A DNA stretch of 64,000 bases from Vicugna vicugna (taxonomy: Eukaryota): positions 2,354,909-2,418,908 of the forward strand of contig MU057560.1 in assembly GCA_013265495.1 (NCBI GenBank), in the 5' to 3' direction. Of the stretch, positions 23,550 to 34,270 are shown piece after piece. The notes under the pieces are model-generated. The model made no database searches. It was not told the DNA's origin and saw only the letters and a program-made list of their open reading frames with translations. Position 1 is the first letter of the stretch; every line of letters begins with the position of its first letter. Made by a program: the position numbers and the translations under genes.

Positions 23550-24708
23550 TGGGCCGGGTCCCCTCTGCATCTCTCTGGCCCGAGTGCTTAGCCTCCCTCC
23601 TGCTCCCTTCCATCAGCCTGTACTAGGCTGCGTCTTCCAGAAATTCCTTGAAATCTCTCGCTGGCTGGTTGTCTCTCTTCCTGCCTTTTCTTTGTGTTAT
23701 ACTTTCTGCTTTTTAAATGTCCTTGTGGTGGCAGTGGGGTTCTGAGAAAGAGAGGAGATCGATGCATGTGGCCTTTCTTGTCGCCTGGAGCCCTGCGGAC
23801 CTTGTTTTGGGAGCGGGGACAGAGGCTCACAGGCAGGGCGAAGGCCCCGCTCACAAGGCCAGAGCAGGCCTGGGTCTCAGGTCCCCAGAGTCCTCGGCCC
23901 CACATCCCCCTCAGTTCAGACCAAGTTCTGGAGTTGCCTGCTCCACGCGCACGGCCAGGGGGCTCGCTCCAGGGCAGCCTGTGAACTCCCCGTCCAGGTG
24001 ACACCACTGGTCCCAGCGCTCTGTGCACCGTGTGGGGCCCAGGGAGGGGTGAGGGCATCTGGCAGGGGCGGCTCTTCTCACGCGCTGTGAAGTCCCGGCC
24101 TCCCGCTCACTGGCCACCACCGACAGACAGCTGAGACTGAGGTGCTGGGAAGATACGTGGCGCCGCTGTCACTATCTGGAGATAAACTCGTGTGCTGGGC
24201 GAAGGGAGGCGACGGAGGGTGAGCTTCACACCCAAAGAATCTGCCTTGGAAACCGGTGTCGGCCTGCGCGCCCGCCCTGTGGGGGGGAGGCCCCCCGGGA
24301 CCAGCCCGCGTGGCGGGGCTGCTTCCCTGGCGCTCCCCAGTGGCCTCACGGTGGGATCTGAGGGGCGGGGGCTTCCCTGGGACCCCCGGGAGGAGTGCTC
24401 CCTCCCAGGTCCCTGCTCCGGTGCCGCTGGCCTTCAGCTGTGTCTTAGAGGAAGCCCGAGGCTGTGCTCTCTGTTTCCAACCAGGCGGCAGCCCGTAGAG
24501 GGAGGCGCACAGCCGGCCCGGGCCCGGCCCTCCCCGCCCCGCCCGGGGCTGTCCTGCAGGCCCCCGCCTCAGAGCCTGGCGCCGCCTCAGGAGGGGCCGA
24601 GAGGCACTCCGGCAGCCCCGGGCAGTTCTGCTCGGTGGGTGATCGCTTCTGCAGGACGGGAAGGGCGTCTGCGCCCGCGGAGCCCGCTCACCTGGCCGAG
24701 GCTCTTAC

Positions 24709-24807
24709 TTGGATGTGGAAGGGAGGGTCATTCTCTTAGTTTGTCATACTGGTCATTATTGTAGATGAAGTCATCCGAAGTCTTCTGGGTGTGAGATCGA
24801 TACACAA
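24709..24807 (-). other. Candidate spliced exon (99 nt; alternative donor gives 116 nt)
   Basis: Acceptor tcttccttcacatttgatttcag|, donors CAA|gtaaga (24709) and CAG|gtgagc (24692); phase-1 frame VYRSHTQKTSDDFIYNNDQYDKLRE*. Confidence 0.35.
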
Positions 24808-25982
24808 CTGAAATCAAATGTGAAGGAAGACACGGAGGCCCTGTGGAGGGGACCCCGCCCCCCAAGAAGGCCCGGCCCCCCAGGGCCCACCAGACCTGGG
24901 CGGCGCGCAGTCTGACTGACACAGACTCGGCTGCTCCTCTGGGAGGGCGCGGTTCTGCCTCGGAGCTTTAACAGTCAGAATCCTTGAAAGAAGGGCGTTT
25001 CGCCTGGAGACGGGACGTGTGCGGGGGTCACAGGCACCGTGTGCCCTGGTAGAGGCAGGAGAGCCGGCAGCTCCAGGGTGGGGAGGCCTGGGGGGAAGGG
25101 CCTTTCAGGGCCAGAGCCGCAGGAAGAGGCGCCGTGGATGGCGGGGCTGCTCCTTGTGGCTGTGGCCACGGGCAGCCAGGTCTCAGAGGGGAGGCTTGAG
25201 TAGGTGGCTCTAGCACCCCTCCCTCCTGGGAGTCATAAGAACAGATCCCTCCCGGACTCTGCTGCTCTTCAGATGCATGGTTCCCGGCCTCCTCTCAGCT
25301 CCGAGACCGTGGGGCCTCACCGGCGCCCCCTCAAAGGGCGCGGTGGTTAGCAGTGTGGTCCAGGTCTCCCACCCTCACGAGGCAAACACAAGTCTATTTT
25401 ATTTAAAAAATTTTTGTTACGTACAGCCTCCTATGGGCCAAGGAGGGAACACAAAGAGGGCCAGGATGCGCTGACTGTCGCTGGGTCTTGGAGACCCTGC
25501 AGGGCCTTTGTCCTGGGTTCATGTGAGACCTAAGCACCGGGGAAGCTGTGTGTGTGTGTTTCTGTGCCCAGCTCCGAACAGAGGGCCTGGAAATCGGCGT
25601 TCATTCTTGAATATTTCTTCACTGTTGGCTGGAGTGATTCTTACTACAAGCGGCAGCTTGGGGCTTTGCAGGTGCTTCTGAGGGCAACTGAGGCCGGCGC
25701 GCTTCTGAGTCACCGGGTCCATACACGGCAGGATGTGGGTTTGAATCCAGCAATGCCTACGTCACAGATGGTGTCTGTGTGTCATGAGAATTTGATTTTA
25801 TTTGTCCAAAAACAGCTTCATTTGGGTTCCAGGAATGTGTTCGTGGCCAGCGTCTCCAGCGCCTTGGAAATTCAGTCGATTTGCATCCAACCCTCCTACC
25901 CTCTGTCTGTAGTGCCTTCATGTCCTCGCGTGGGGAAGGGATTGTGTTCGATTTAATTCAGTTTAAATTCACAGCTGGGCAC

Positions 25983-26455
25983 TGTAATAGTCACTATTGG
26001 TGTGTAATAAGTTAGTCCAGAACTTGGTGGCTTAGAAGAAAAAGCGGGCCATGTCCGCCCGTTTCTTTGTTTCAGGGGGCCTCTCTCAGGGTCTCTGCGG
26101 TCATCTTGGGCACAGCTTGGGGGTGGCCTCGGTCCAGGCTCCCTCATGTGGCTCGGGGCTGGGCTCCGGGCCCTGCTGGCTGCTGCCTGGGGTCCACTGC
26201 CGTCTGAGCCTCCCCATGGTCTCCCAAGACAGCGGCTGGCCACCTGCCCCGGGCCAGGCTCTGAGGACCACAGCGAGTGAACAAGGAAGACAGTCATCGT
26301 CTTTTGTCACCGAATCTCAGAAGTGGCATCCAGTCACTGCTTGCTCTGCTCTCTTGATTGGAGAAGCACCCCTAGGTCCAAGCCACAGGCAAGGCGAGGG
26401 GCTCCATAGGAGTGTGGGTGCCAGCAGGTGTGAGGGCCAGTTTAGGGACGGATGG
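25983..26455 (-). mobile_element. MLT1 (F/G/H-like) solo LTR
   Basis: tgtaatagtcactattggtgtgtaataagttagtccagaacttggtggcttag at one end; tcagaagtggcatccagtcactgcttgctctgctctcttgattggagaagc...ccacaggcaaggcgagggg at the other. Confidence 0.8.
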
Positions 26456-26479
26456 TCAGTGAATTTACTCGGTGCCAGG

Positions 26480-26760
26480 TGCCCTTCTAGCAGCGGGGGT
26501 TGCAAGGATGAGTAAGATTCGATTCTGGCCTCAAGGACATTGTAATTTAGTATGAGAAGCAGAGACACAAACAGAGTCATTTGGGATAGTATTATATGCA
26601 AAATAAAACAAATATTGGAGAGGCATAATGAATGGTAGCTCAGTGAAGGAAGGTCAACTCTGTTGAGAGAAGGCAGAGAGAGAGAGAGAAAGCAAGGGGG
26701 GCTTCCTGGAGGAGGTGAAGCATGACCTGACATTTGAAGAGCAAATACCCTCCTCAGTCC
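26480..26760 (-). mobile_element. L2 3' region
   Basis: gatgagtaagattcgattctggcctcaagg...ggggcttcctggaggaggtgaagcatgacctgacatttgaagag, typical antisense L2. Confidence 0.75.
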
Positions 26761-27188
26761 TGGACAGATGGCACATAGCCCAAGTGTTCACAGAACCAGC
26801 CCAGGTAGCAGCCCCAAAGTGGGGCTCTTTCCTCCCCGGAAATGTCTGCACTTCTCTTGGAAACGCCCTGAGACGGCTGAGGACCAGCACAGCGCAGCGC
26901 CACGTTGCCCTGCGGCCGTGTCGATATTAAAAGTACGCAAGGACAGTGTTCAACCGCAGGTCCTGTCAGCCTGCTTTATGCTCTTGCCAGAATAGCCTTG
27001 TAAACATCAAATTTTGAGAAAGTGAAGGAAATTATGTTAATCATATTCCTAAGAGCACTCAAACCAAAGGGCTGTTTCTTGAAAATGTTGACGTGAGGAG
27101 AAGCCCCGCTGGAGTGAGGGGTGCCCCTGAGGGGCTTTGCAGAGGCCCCCGAGGCTGGGGCGGGCTGACAGGTGGGGGTCGGCAGCCT

Positions 27189-27243
27189 GGGGCTGGGTGG
27201 GGATGAGAGGGGCAGGGGTGGGGACAAGAAGGGCAGGGGTGGG
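27189..27243 (+). repeat. G-run cluster (nine runs of three or more G), G-quadruplex-prone
   Basis: ggggctgggtggggatgagaggggcaggggtggggacaagaagggcaggggtggg. Confidence 0.7.
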
Positions 27244-27480
27244 ACTCAGTAGGCAGACTCGGAGGGAACCCCCCCGGGGGTGAGCAGTGCATGGCTGAGA
27301 GGGAGGGGCCGCTCAGCTCCCCCTGCAGGAGCGGGTGGTGGGCTCACGCGCATGTGTGGGGAAGCCACCTCTCCTGAGCCCTGGTCCCTGGCTGCCTGCC
27401 AGCCCCACCCCCAGCCCTCCACTGGCGTTCACCAGCCAGCCCCCTCCACACCCCCCGGGGCCAAGGCAGCACCATCTCAC

Positions 27481-27577
27481 CTCTGATTTTCTGGGTCTGG
27501 GGTGGGGCCTGGAACAGAGTGGTTACGCATCAGAATTCACGGAAAGCTTTTGTTGAGGCAGGCGATCAGCAGCCCAC
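27481..27577 (-). other. Candidate non-coding spliced exon (97 nt)
   Basis: Acceptor cattctctctcccctctcctag|G, donor GAG|gtgaga; stops in all three frames. Confidence 0.35.
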
Positions 27578-28383
27578 CTAGGAGAGGGGAGAGAGAATGT
27601 TCCGGAATGCAGACTGTACCTTCTGCTGCCCCTGGACTTGCTGCTGTGGGCAGCGCTCTGAGGACAGGCTCTGGACCCGCTGCCCAGTCATCGCCCTGAC
27701 GAGTCCCAGACCGTCACCCCCTGGCTTTGTGACCTTGGACTCGGACCCCTCCTCTGCGGGGACGAGGAGCTGTGAAGGAACCACTGGGTCTGTGGGAGGG
27801 GCCTGGGTGAGCACCGCACAGGAAGTGCTCGGGAGGGGCCGAGCGTCGTGACTGCCCGGGGCGCCACCCAGTGCACGGCTGGTCCTCATCCTGGCTGCGC
27901 GGAGTCCAAGCAGAAGCCGACCGGAGCTGACTTAAGCACAGACGGGGTCCCGGGGCAGCAAACGCAGGCAGGGCCAGACCCGGGAAAGCGACAGGACGGG
28001 CCTGGACAGACGGCCTCCCAGCTGCCCCGCCTCACGTCTCTCGTTCCCTGTTCTGTCTGTGTGTCTGTCTCTCCCGAAGGACAGGCCTCCGCGGGCGCTC
28101 TGTGGATGTGCTGGAGGGGTCTGCCCCACGGCTCCTGCCGTCACCAGGTCCGGCCACGCCTCCCTGTGCACCCGGCAGGGCCAGGGCCACGTGTCACTGG
28201 CTCAGAAGTGAGTCTGAGATTCAGCTCTGGGGGGTGAAGATGAACCTCAGGAAAGGGCGCCGCTGTGAGTGGGGCCACAGTCTCGGACAGCACCCCACTT
28301 ACCGCGATTGATCACAACACCTTTGTTCTCCTTTTTGTTAGGGAAGCGGAGGCTCAGAAAGCTTATTGTTATTTCGGGGTTTT

Positions 28384-28475
28384 AGGCTATTGGGTAATTT
28401 GTTTACTTCTTCATGTCTTTTTCCCTATGTTCCTTAAATTTTCTGCCACGAGCAAGTACAGCGTTTATAAAACAA
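28384..28475 (+). mobile_element. L1ME-type 3' terminus, preceded by a short MIR piece (about 28325-28355)
   Basis: gggtaatttgtttacttcttcatgtctttttccctatgttccttaaattttctgccacgagcaagtac...ttataaaacaaa. Confidence 0.6.
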
Positions 28476-28720
28476 ACCTTCATCAAGCTGCTTCTTCCTC
28501 CATCAGGGCTCCTTTAGGGGTCTTGGGAGGGAGCTGGTCCTTCAGAGCACAAACTCGGCGCCAGCACTTCAGGGAGAGCTGTGCGGGAGTGAGGCAGCCG
28601 CGGGCCCGCTTAAGGGGGAAGCGTGTCCAGCCCAGGCGGGCTCTGAGCCGGCCCGGCACTCAGCTGGGGCACTGCTATGGGCACATAGTGGCGACTTGTT
28701 GAAATATTCTGTGTCCGAAC

Positions 28721-28799
28721 AACTGAAAAATTGTGCTCCACGCTGGAATTTGACACAACATTGTAAAATGACTGTAACTCAATTAAAAAAACACAAAAC
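28721..28799 (+). mobile_element. Younger L1 3' tip with A-rich tail, camelid-like
   Basis: actgaaaaattgtgctccacgctggaatttgacacaacattgtaaaatgactgtaactcaattaaaaaaa. Confidence 0.75.
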
Positions 28800-30609
28800 T
28801 CTACCGGAGCCAATAAAATGACCAGTATTTACACTTGGTTAAAAATACTCTTCATTACAAAGGAACTTAGAAAAAATCCCTGAAAGTGTCAGAAATCTGC
28901 GCAGGAAAGGCTGCAGAAGCAGTGAACCCCGCTCATTGTGCTGTTTTGGGGACTTGATGTGACGTTCTCGAGTGAGAACAAGGGCACCTCAGAAAAGCAC
29001 CAGGAGGGCGCCAGCACACATCCAGGGACAACCGCCTGTAAAACGGGCTCCTGCGGAAGGAGGGGGTCCTGGGACGGGTGTGCGAGGGCACCTCCTGGGG
29101 GGTGCTGGGGGGAGGCGGTCCCGGCCCAGCCCCCGGACCCCTGTGGGAACTCTGCTCCCCGCACGACTTCCTGGCCTTGCCTTTCCTTCTGGGTTCCCAG
29201 AGGCGTCTCACCTGAAGTGACAGGTCTAGGGGCCCGGTTGGCAGCTGCTTCCTCCCTCCCCTCTTGCCCCTCCCCCTCCCGGACCCTCCCAGCCTGGGCT
29301 GGGGGCCGCTCCTTATCTGGAATCTGCCTGAGAGGCGGGGCGCTGCCACCCCTGCTGGCGCCTGAGTCCGCTGGGCCCACCTGGCGGGTGCCCTGGGGAT
29401 GCTCCCCAGCCCGGGGCTGTGAGAACCCTGGGTGCTGGCGGGGAAGTGCAGGAGGGGGGTGTCTGCTCACAGAGATGTCGGGGAGCAGTGTTTCTGTTTT
29501 CCCTTCTGGCTTCTCCCCCATCCAAGAACTCCTGTTTCGGCCTGTGGGACGGTTCCTGGAGATACGCTCACACGACATCACCTGACTGTCTGCTTGAACC
29601 CCCTTCTCAGCACGGGTCCTCTCCCTGGAGGCAGCGCAGTTCCTGCCGCAGGTGGGACCCGGCAGGCCGCGCAGCCCAGCGCCCCAGGTGTGTCGACACC
29701 CTGGGCCAGCGTCTCTCGGCCCCCAGCGCCGCGCTGGGCGTCTGTGGTTCGGACAGGGATGCCCCCGAGCCCAGTGCAGCCCCCGCCTCCGTCAGCCGCC
29801 TCTCACCTGAGACCCGCTGCTGCCGGGCACAGGCCGTCACTTTTGCACTTGCTGCCGCCACCTTATCCTCACAGCCGGGCCCTGTTTCTGTTCTTGGAGA
29901 ACCAAGATTTGGAATGATGGGTGAGTTACCCAGCTTGTGGCCTGCGTCACGTGGATGCCGCAGCGTGGACTGAGAATCAGAATCCCAATCATGCGGCCGC
30001 CCTGGACCTCCACGCCCTTTCTCTCCATCACACCCGTTCCCAGGAGGTGGCACACCAGCCACCACATCTGCCAGCCAGAGACTTGGGGTCGCCTCGGGAC
30101 TGTCCCCTTCCAGCCCCCGCTCATCACAGCCACCCGCAGGTCCCATTGGCTCTGCCTGCCAAGGATGCTTCGGTTCACTCAAGCCTGCCCACCTCTCTGC
30201 CTTCCCCTAACCCGAGTCGGGGTCAGCCCTCCTCAGCTCTGTCTAGTCTTCGAAGCCATTTTGTCTGTTTCTGTTCTTTGGAGCAGTGCTTCAATAACAT
30301 AAATGAGACGCTGTCTCTTCCCTGCCCCAACCCCCCGGGGACTGCCACCCCCCCTGGAGGAAGTGTGGGCTCCCGGCTGCTCCCGGCTCCTGTGCTTGGC
30401 CACTGGGGACTCTGTTCTGAGCCCCAAACAGCCCACGCCTTCTGCAGTTCCGGGCGTCTGCCCCTGCCACTCCTTCCTGGAATCTGCTTTTCCCAGCTTA
30501 CCACGTGGCTGTGCATTATCATGTGTGTGCCCGGGTAACTGTCCCTCGCGGAGGCCTTCCCGACCGCGTTTCTCTGCGTCGTCTCCACTGCCTGCCCCGC
30601 CCTCCTTTG

Positions 30610-31000
30610 CTGGGATATTAGAAGCTACTTCCTTGCAAATTACAAAACCGCAAGCTAAAGTGGCTTAAGGAAAATGGGAATTCACTGGGGAGCCAGAGGA
30701 GGACTGGTTCAAACACGGCTGCATGCAGGGACTCGTAGGAATGCATCCTCTCCGCCTCTCGGGCACCGGGATGCAGGGACGCTGGCCTGCCTTCCTCCTG
30801 CTGGGCGGCGGGCTGGGGCGGGCCGTGCTTCCTCCAGGTGCTGGCGCCGCTTCAGGCCGGTGTGGCCCCTGATTAGCAGCTGGGGTAGAAAGTGGCTCTT
30901 TCCCACGTCTCTGGAGGGAAGGTCCCAGAAGGAGCCACCTTGCCTGGCCGGTGGCCCAGGCCTCCTGGTGTGGGGCTTCTGCAGGGAGCAAAGCTGAGCT
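30610..31000 (-). mobile_element. Old MLT1K/L-like LTR
   Basis: cttccttgcaaattacaaaaccgcaagctaaagtggcttaaggaaaatgggaattcactgg resembles the MLT1K/L terminus. Confidence 0.5.
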
Positions 31001-31234
31001 GTGACCGGTCAGCAGCGGGGCGCTTGTGCCCCCCCAGAGCTGAGAGCGGGCAGCCCCCCACCCCCTGATCTGCTGGGACGAGGAGTGTCGGGGGATGGGT
31101 CTCTAAAGGGAAGGTGTCACGACCGACAACGGGAGCTGGGCCGGGACGACCGTGGACCTCCCAGCACCAGGCTCTGTGTCCACACCTGTCTCTCTTCTCT
31201 GAGAGACACCGCGGTCTGCCGCTTCCCCTTTATT

Positions 31235-31352
31235 TGTTTTAGTTATTACTGCGTATCTCCCCCTCAGAACGTAGGCACAACAGAATGGAGGTCTTGATTT
31301 TGCCTCTGAAGACCTGCAGGCTGACAGTCAATGTTTGTTGAATGAATGAATG
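31235..31352 (+). mobile_element. L2 3' end
   Basis: Ends in gtcaatgtttgttgaatgaatgaatga, the L2 tail. Confidence 0.75.
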
Positions 31353-31699
31353 ATGGAAGAAACGCAGCAGCAGAACTGGGATGCGGGCTTGAGTGTCTCT
31401 TCCTTTGTCCACTGCGTCTGCGTCTCGGTTCTCAGATTCACCCATTAGATGCCCGCTCTGCGCTCCCAGGTGCCGCCCAGGTGCCCGCGTGTCCTGGCGT
31501 TGCCGAGGGCGTGGGGCTCGCCGCTGGTCTGCGGGTCGGCTCCACCCCAGAGGTCCCCCGTGTAAGGAGTGGTGTGGGGACTGCTTCTCTGTCCTCAGCT
31601 CGTAGGTCAGTGTCAGGTGCTGGCGACACTCACCTGCGTCTGAATGAATAAACAGGTGGCTTCAGTCCAGGAGCTTCTGTCTCATTATTTTCTGCAGTG

Positions 31700-31930
31700 A
31701 CACCTCAAAGCACCGTGGAGCCCCTTAATTTATGTACTCACAGCCCCCACTTTACCCGCGGCAAAAATACTAATATTGATTTACCTGTCTCATAAGGCTG
31801 TTTGAATATTCATTAAGCTCTTCTCTGCATCGTGAAAACATTCATTTCTACCTGTGATTAGATTAAAGGAAAACTTTTGTCAACACAGTCTGGCTGAGCA
31901 GAGATTTCTGGCTGGTCACAAAATTCATGT
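31700..31930. promoter_or_regulatory. AT-rich non-repeat island with homeodomain motifs (candidate enhancer)
   Basis: TAATTTATG 31726, TGATTTAC 31777, TGATTAGATTA 31855. Confidence 0.4.
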
Positions 31931-32985
31931 TTTCTTCTTCGGGGCGCACAGCTGGGCGGTGTGTCCCAGCGCCCCTGGCGAGGAGGTGCGGAGACCTGAC
32001 CTAGGCTGGTTCATGAGATGTGGGCACAGGTGCTCGGGCCCTCCTGGGCCTGGCCTGGGGAGAGGTCCACGCATGCCCCCCGCACTTCCGCCGACGTGGA
32101 GACAGGTCTGGGCAACCTGGAGGGCCGCCTGCGGAGGATGGCAGGGCCACCCCCGCCTGGGGCCCCTGCCAGCCCTGCTCTGCCGGCCTGTGGGCCTTCT
32201 GTGTTCCTCTCCGTGGTGAGAAATGAGTGTCCACTGTGTTTGAGTCGTTGTGCTTCTGGTGGCTTGATTGTTTCATTAAGTCGTCCCTAGCTTCACGCCG
32301 TGGGGCCAAGTGATCTCTGAAGGAGACTCCAGTGAAATCTCAATCTTATGATTTTTGCTGAAGAGACGTGATAAAGAACAGTGTCTAGACACTAACTGAA
32401 TGAACAGAAATACAGACACGCGCGTCCACGGCCGCCCCAAGGTGTGGGCTGGTGGCGGGAGGAAGGTCCACGCCGCACCTAGTCCTCGGCCTGTGCAACG
32501 TGGCGCCGCAGTGTGAAGCGCACGGAGTGTGTGAGCCGGCGGGGCGTGCCCGCCCTTCGCGGTGCTGAGCCCGGAGGAGACCTGTCATCAAGTGCGCGCA
32601 CTTCAAAAACTAGCACCTTGATCTTTGAAGCTCAGGCTCAGCGCTTTCCAACACAACTAATGGAATAACATCGTAAAAGATGATGAAAACGAAAATATTT
32701 TTATAAAAAGTGGTAAGTGTTAGTGTGATAATTAAGCACGCTAATTAAGAACGTTTAAGGGAGAGAGGGAGGGGGGTCTGAGGGGGCCCGTTGTCCTTGT
32801 TACGTAGGTCAGGAGGGGGCAGCCAGGAGCCCCCCCATGGCCCGTGCGTGCAGCCCGTGGGGGCCCTGCCCTCCGGGACGGCCCTGGCCCAGCCGGTGTC
32901 TCCTCAAGCCGCCCGGAAAGAAGTTCTTCATGACGAGCTCAGGGCTGCGTTCAGACGTCTTGAACTATCCCTGAGGGTGATAAAC

Positions 32986-33394
32986 TGAGAACAGAGTCCT
33001 CTGGAGGAGCTGAACCCATCAAGTACGTGTCTAAGGAACTGGCTCACACAGTCGTAGCGGCTGGTGCATCCAGGCTGCAGGGCGGGCCAGGGGCTGAAGG
33101 CCCCGGGGAGCTGATGCCGCAGGCGGGGAGCTGATGCCGCAGGCGGGGTCCAGGCGCTTCTGCTGGAGAAGTCTCTCTTCCTCAGGGGAAGGTCAGATCG
33201 CCCTTCTATTGGGGTCTCCTCCTGATTGGACGAGGCCCACCCACACTGGGGAGAGCAGTCTGTCTTATTCAGTCTATTCATTTAAATGTTAACGTCATCC
33301 AAAAACACCCTTGGAGAAACAGCCAGAATACTGCTTGACCAAAGATCTGGATACCTTTGGCCCAGTCAAGTTGCCAGAGAAATTAATCATCTCA
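32986..33394 (-). mobile_element. MLT2 (ERVL) solo LTR with internal 20-bp tandem duplication at 33105-33148
   Basis: taaggaactggctcacac...ctgattggacgaggcccacccacactggggagagcagtctg...tttaaatgttaacgtcatccaaaaacaccc...ttgaccaaagatctgg...ggcccagtcaagttgccagagaaattaatcatctca matches recalled MLT2B/D consensus. Confidence 0.92.
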
Positions 33395-33395
33395 A

Positions 33396-33455
33396 GAAAT
33401 CTGCAAACTTTTTCAATAAAGCACCAGACAGTAAATATTCTAGGTTTGTGGGTCT
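33396..33455 (+). mobile_element. MER58 (hAT-Charlie) 5' fragment
   Basis: gcaaactttttcaataaagcaccagacagtaaatattctaggtttgtgggtc. Confidence 0.7.
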
Positions 33456-34144
33456 GTGGCCGGGGCCTGGGAAGAGCACGTGTCCTGCAGACACACGTGC
33501 TTTAGGCCAAACCCACCTGCACCACTCGCCAAGGACGTGGCCTTGAAACAGCACATCCCCTCCCCACCTGTCCCGTCGGTGCGTGAACACTGGGCTCAGG
33601 GCCGACAGCGTGGGGTCGTGCCTGACTGAAGCTTCCCTGAGCTGCTCCAAGTCGCAGCCTTCTTGTGCTCAGGTCACCAGACTGCCCTGCGGCGTGGCAC
33701 TTGTTTTAGAAGCACCATCACCAGCAGGATCACAAAGCCGTGAAGACCGCGGCACTGAACAGACCACGGAGAGGACTCCTGCCTGCGCGTGAGCTGGACG
33801 GAGGAGGCGGAGCGTGGTTCTGCTCCAGCCGAGCTGGGATGTGTGCGTGGGGGCATGCGTGTTTTCCGCTGCTCTGCGCTGTCCGGGAGGGACCACGTTG
33901 GCGCCACGAGGACTGAGTGTGGGGTCACCAAGCAGGCAAAGGTGTAAACACGGACTGCAGACTTACTGACAAGGACCCAGAGCCCAGAGAGGCGCGGCTG
34001 TGGGCCTGCCTGGTGGGGACTCACAGGTGGGCGGGGCCGGGGTCGCACGGTGTCATGGTGTCAGAGGACTTTTCTGTGAGCCTGGTCTGGCGGCCGACTT
34101 TTATTTTAGGCCACTGGAAGTGATTGCAGAGTTTGGGAAAGTGA

Positions 34145-34270
34145 GTGGTGATACGCATTTTAAGTGAGTGGCAGTTCTATAGAACGGATGAAAAGGGGAG
34201 ACGCTGGGACCTGGGGACGCTGGCAAAGGCTGTTTCTGGAGCCCCATGGAGAGAAGGTAACGGATGCTTT
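34145..34270 (-). mobile_element. L2 fragment
   Basis: tggcagttctatagaacggatgaaaaggggagacgctgggacctgggg...ggctgtttctggagcccc...atgctttatggtgg. Confidence 0.45.

Noticed and set aside
33475-33501. 9-bp inverted repeat with two CACGTG E-boxes
   Set aside because: CACGTG is self-complementary and frequent in this CpG-rich window; spacing is not the typical tandem clock-box spacing
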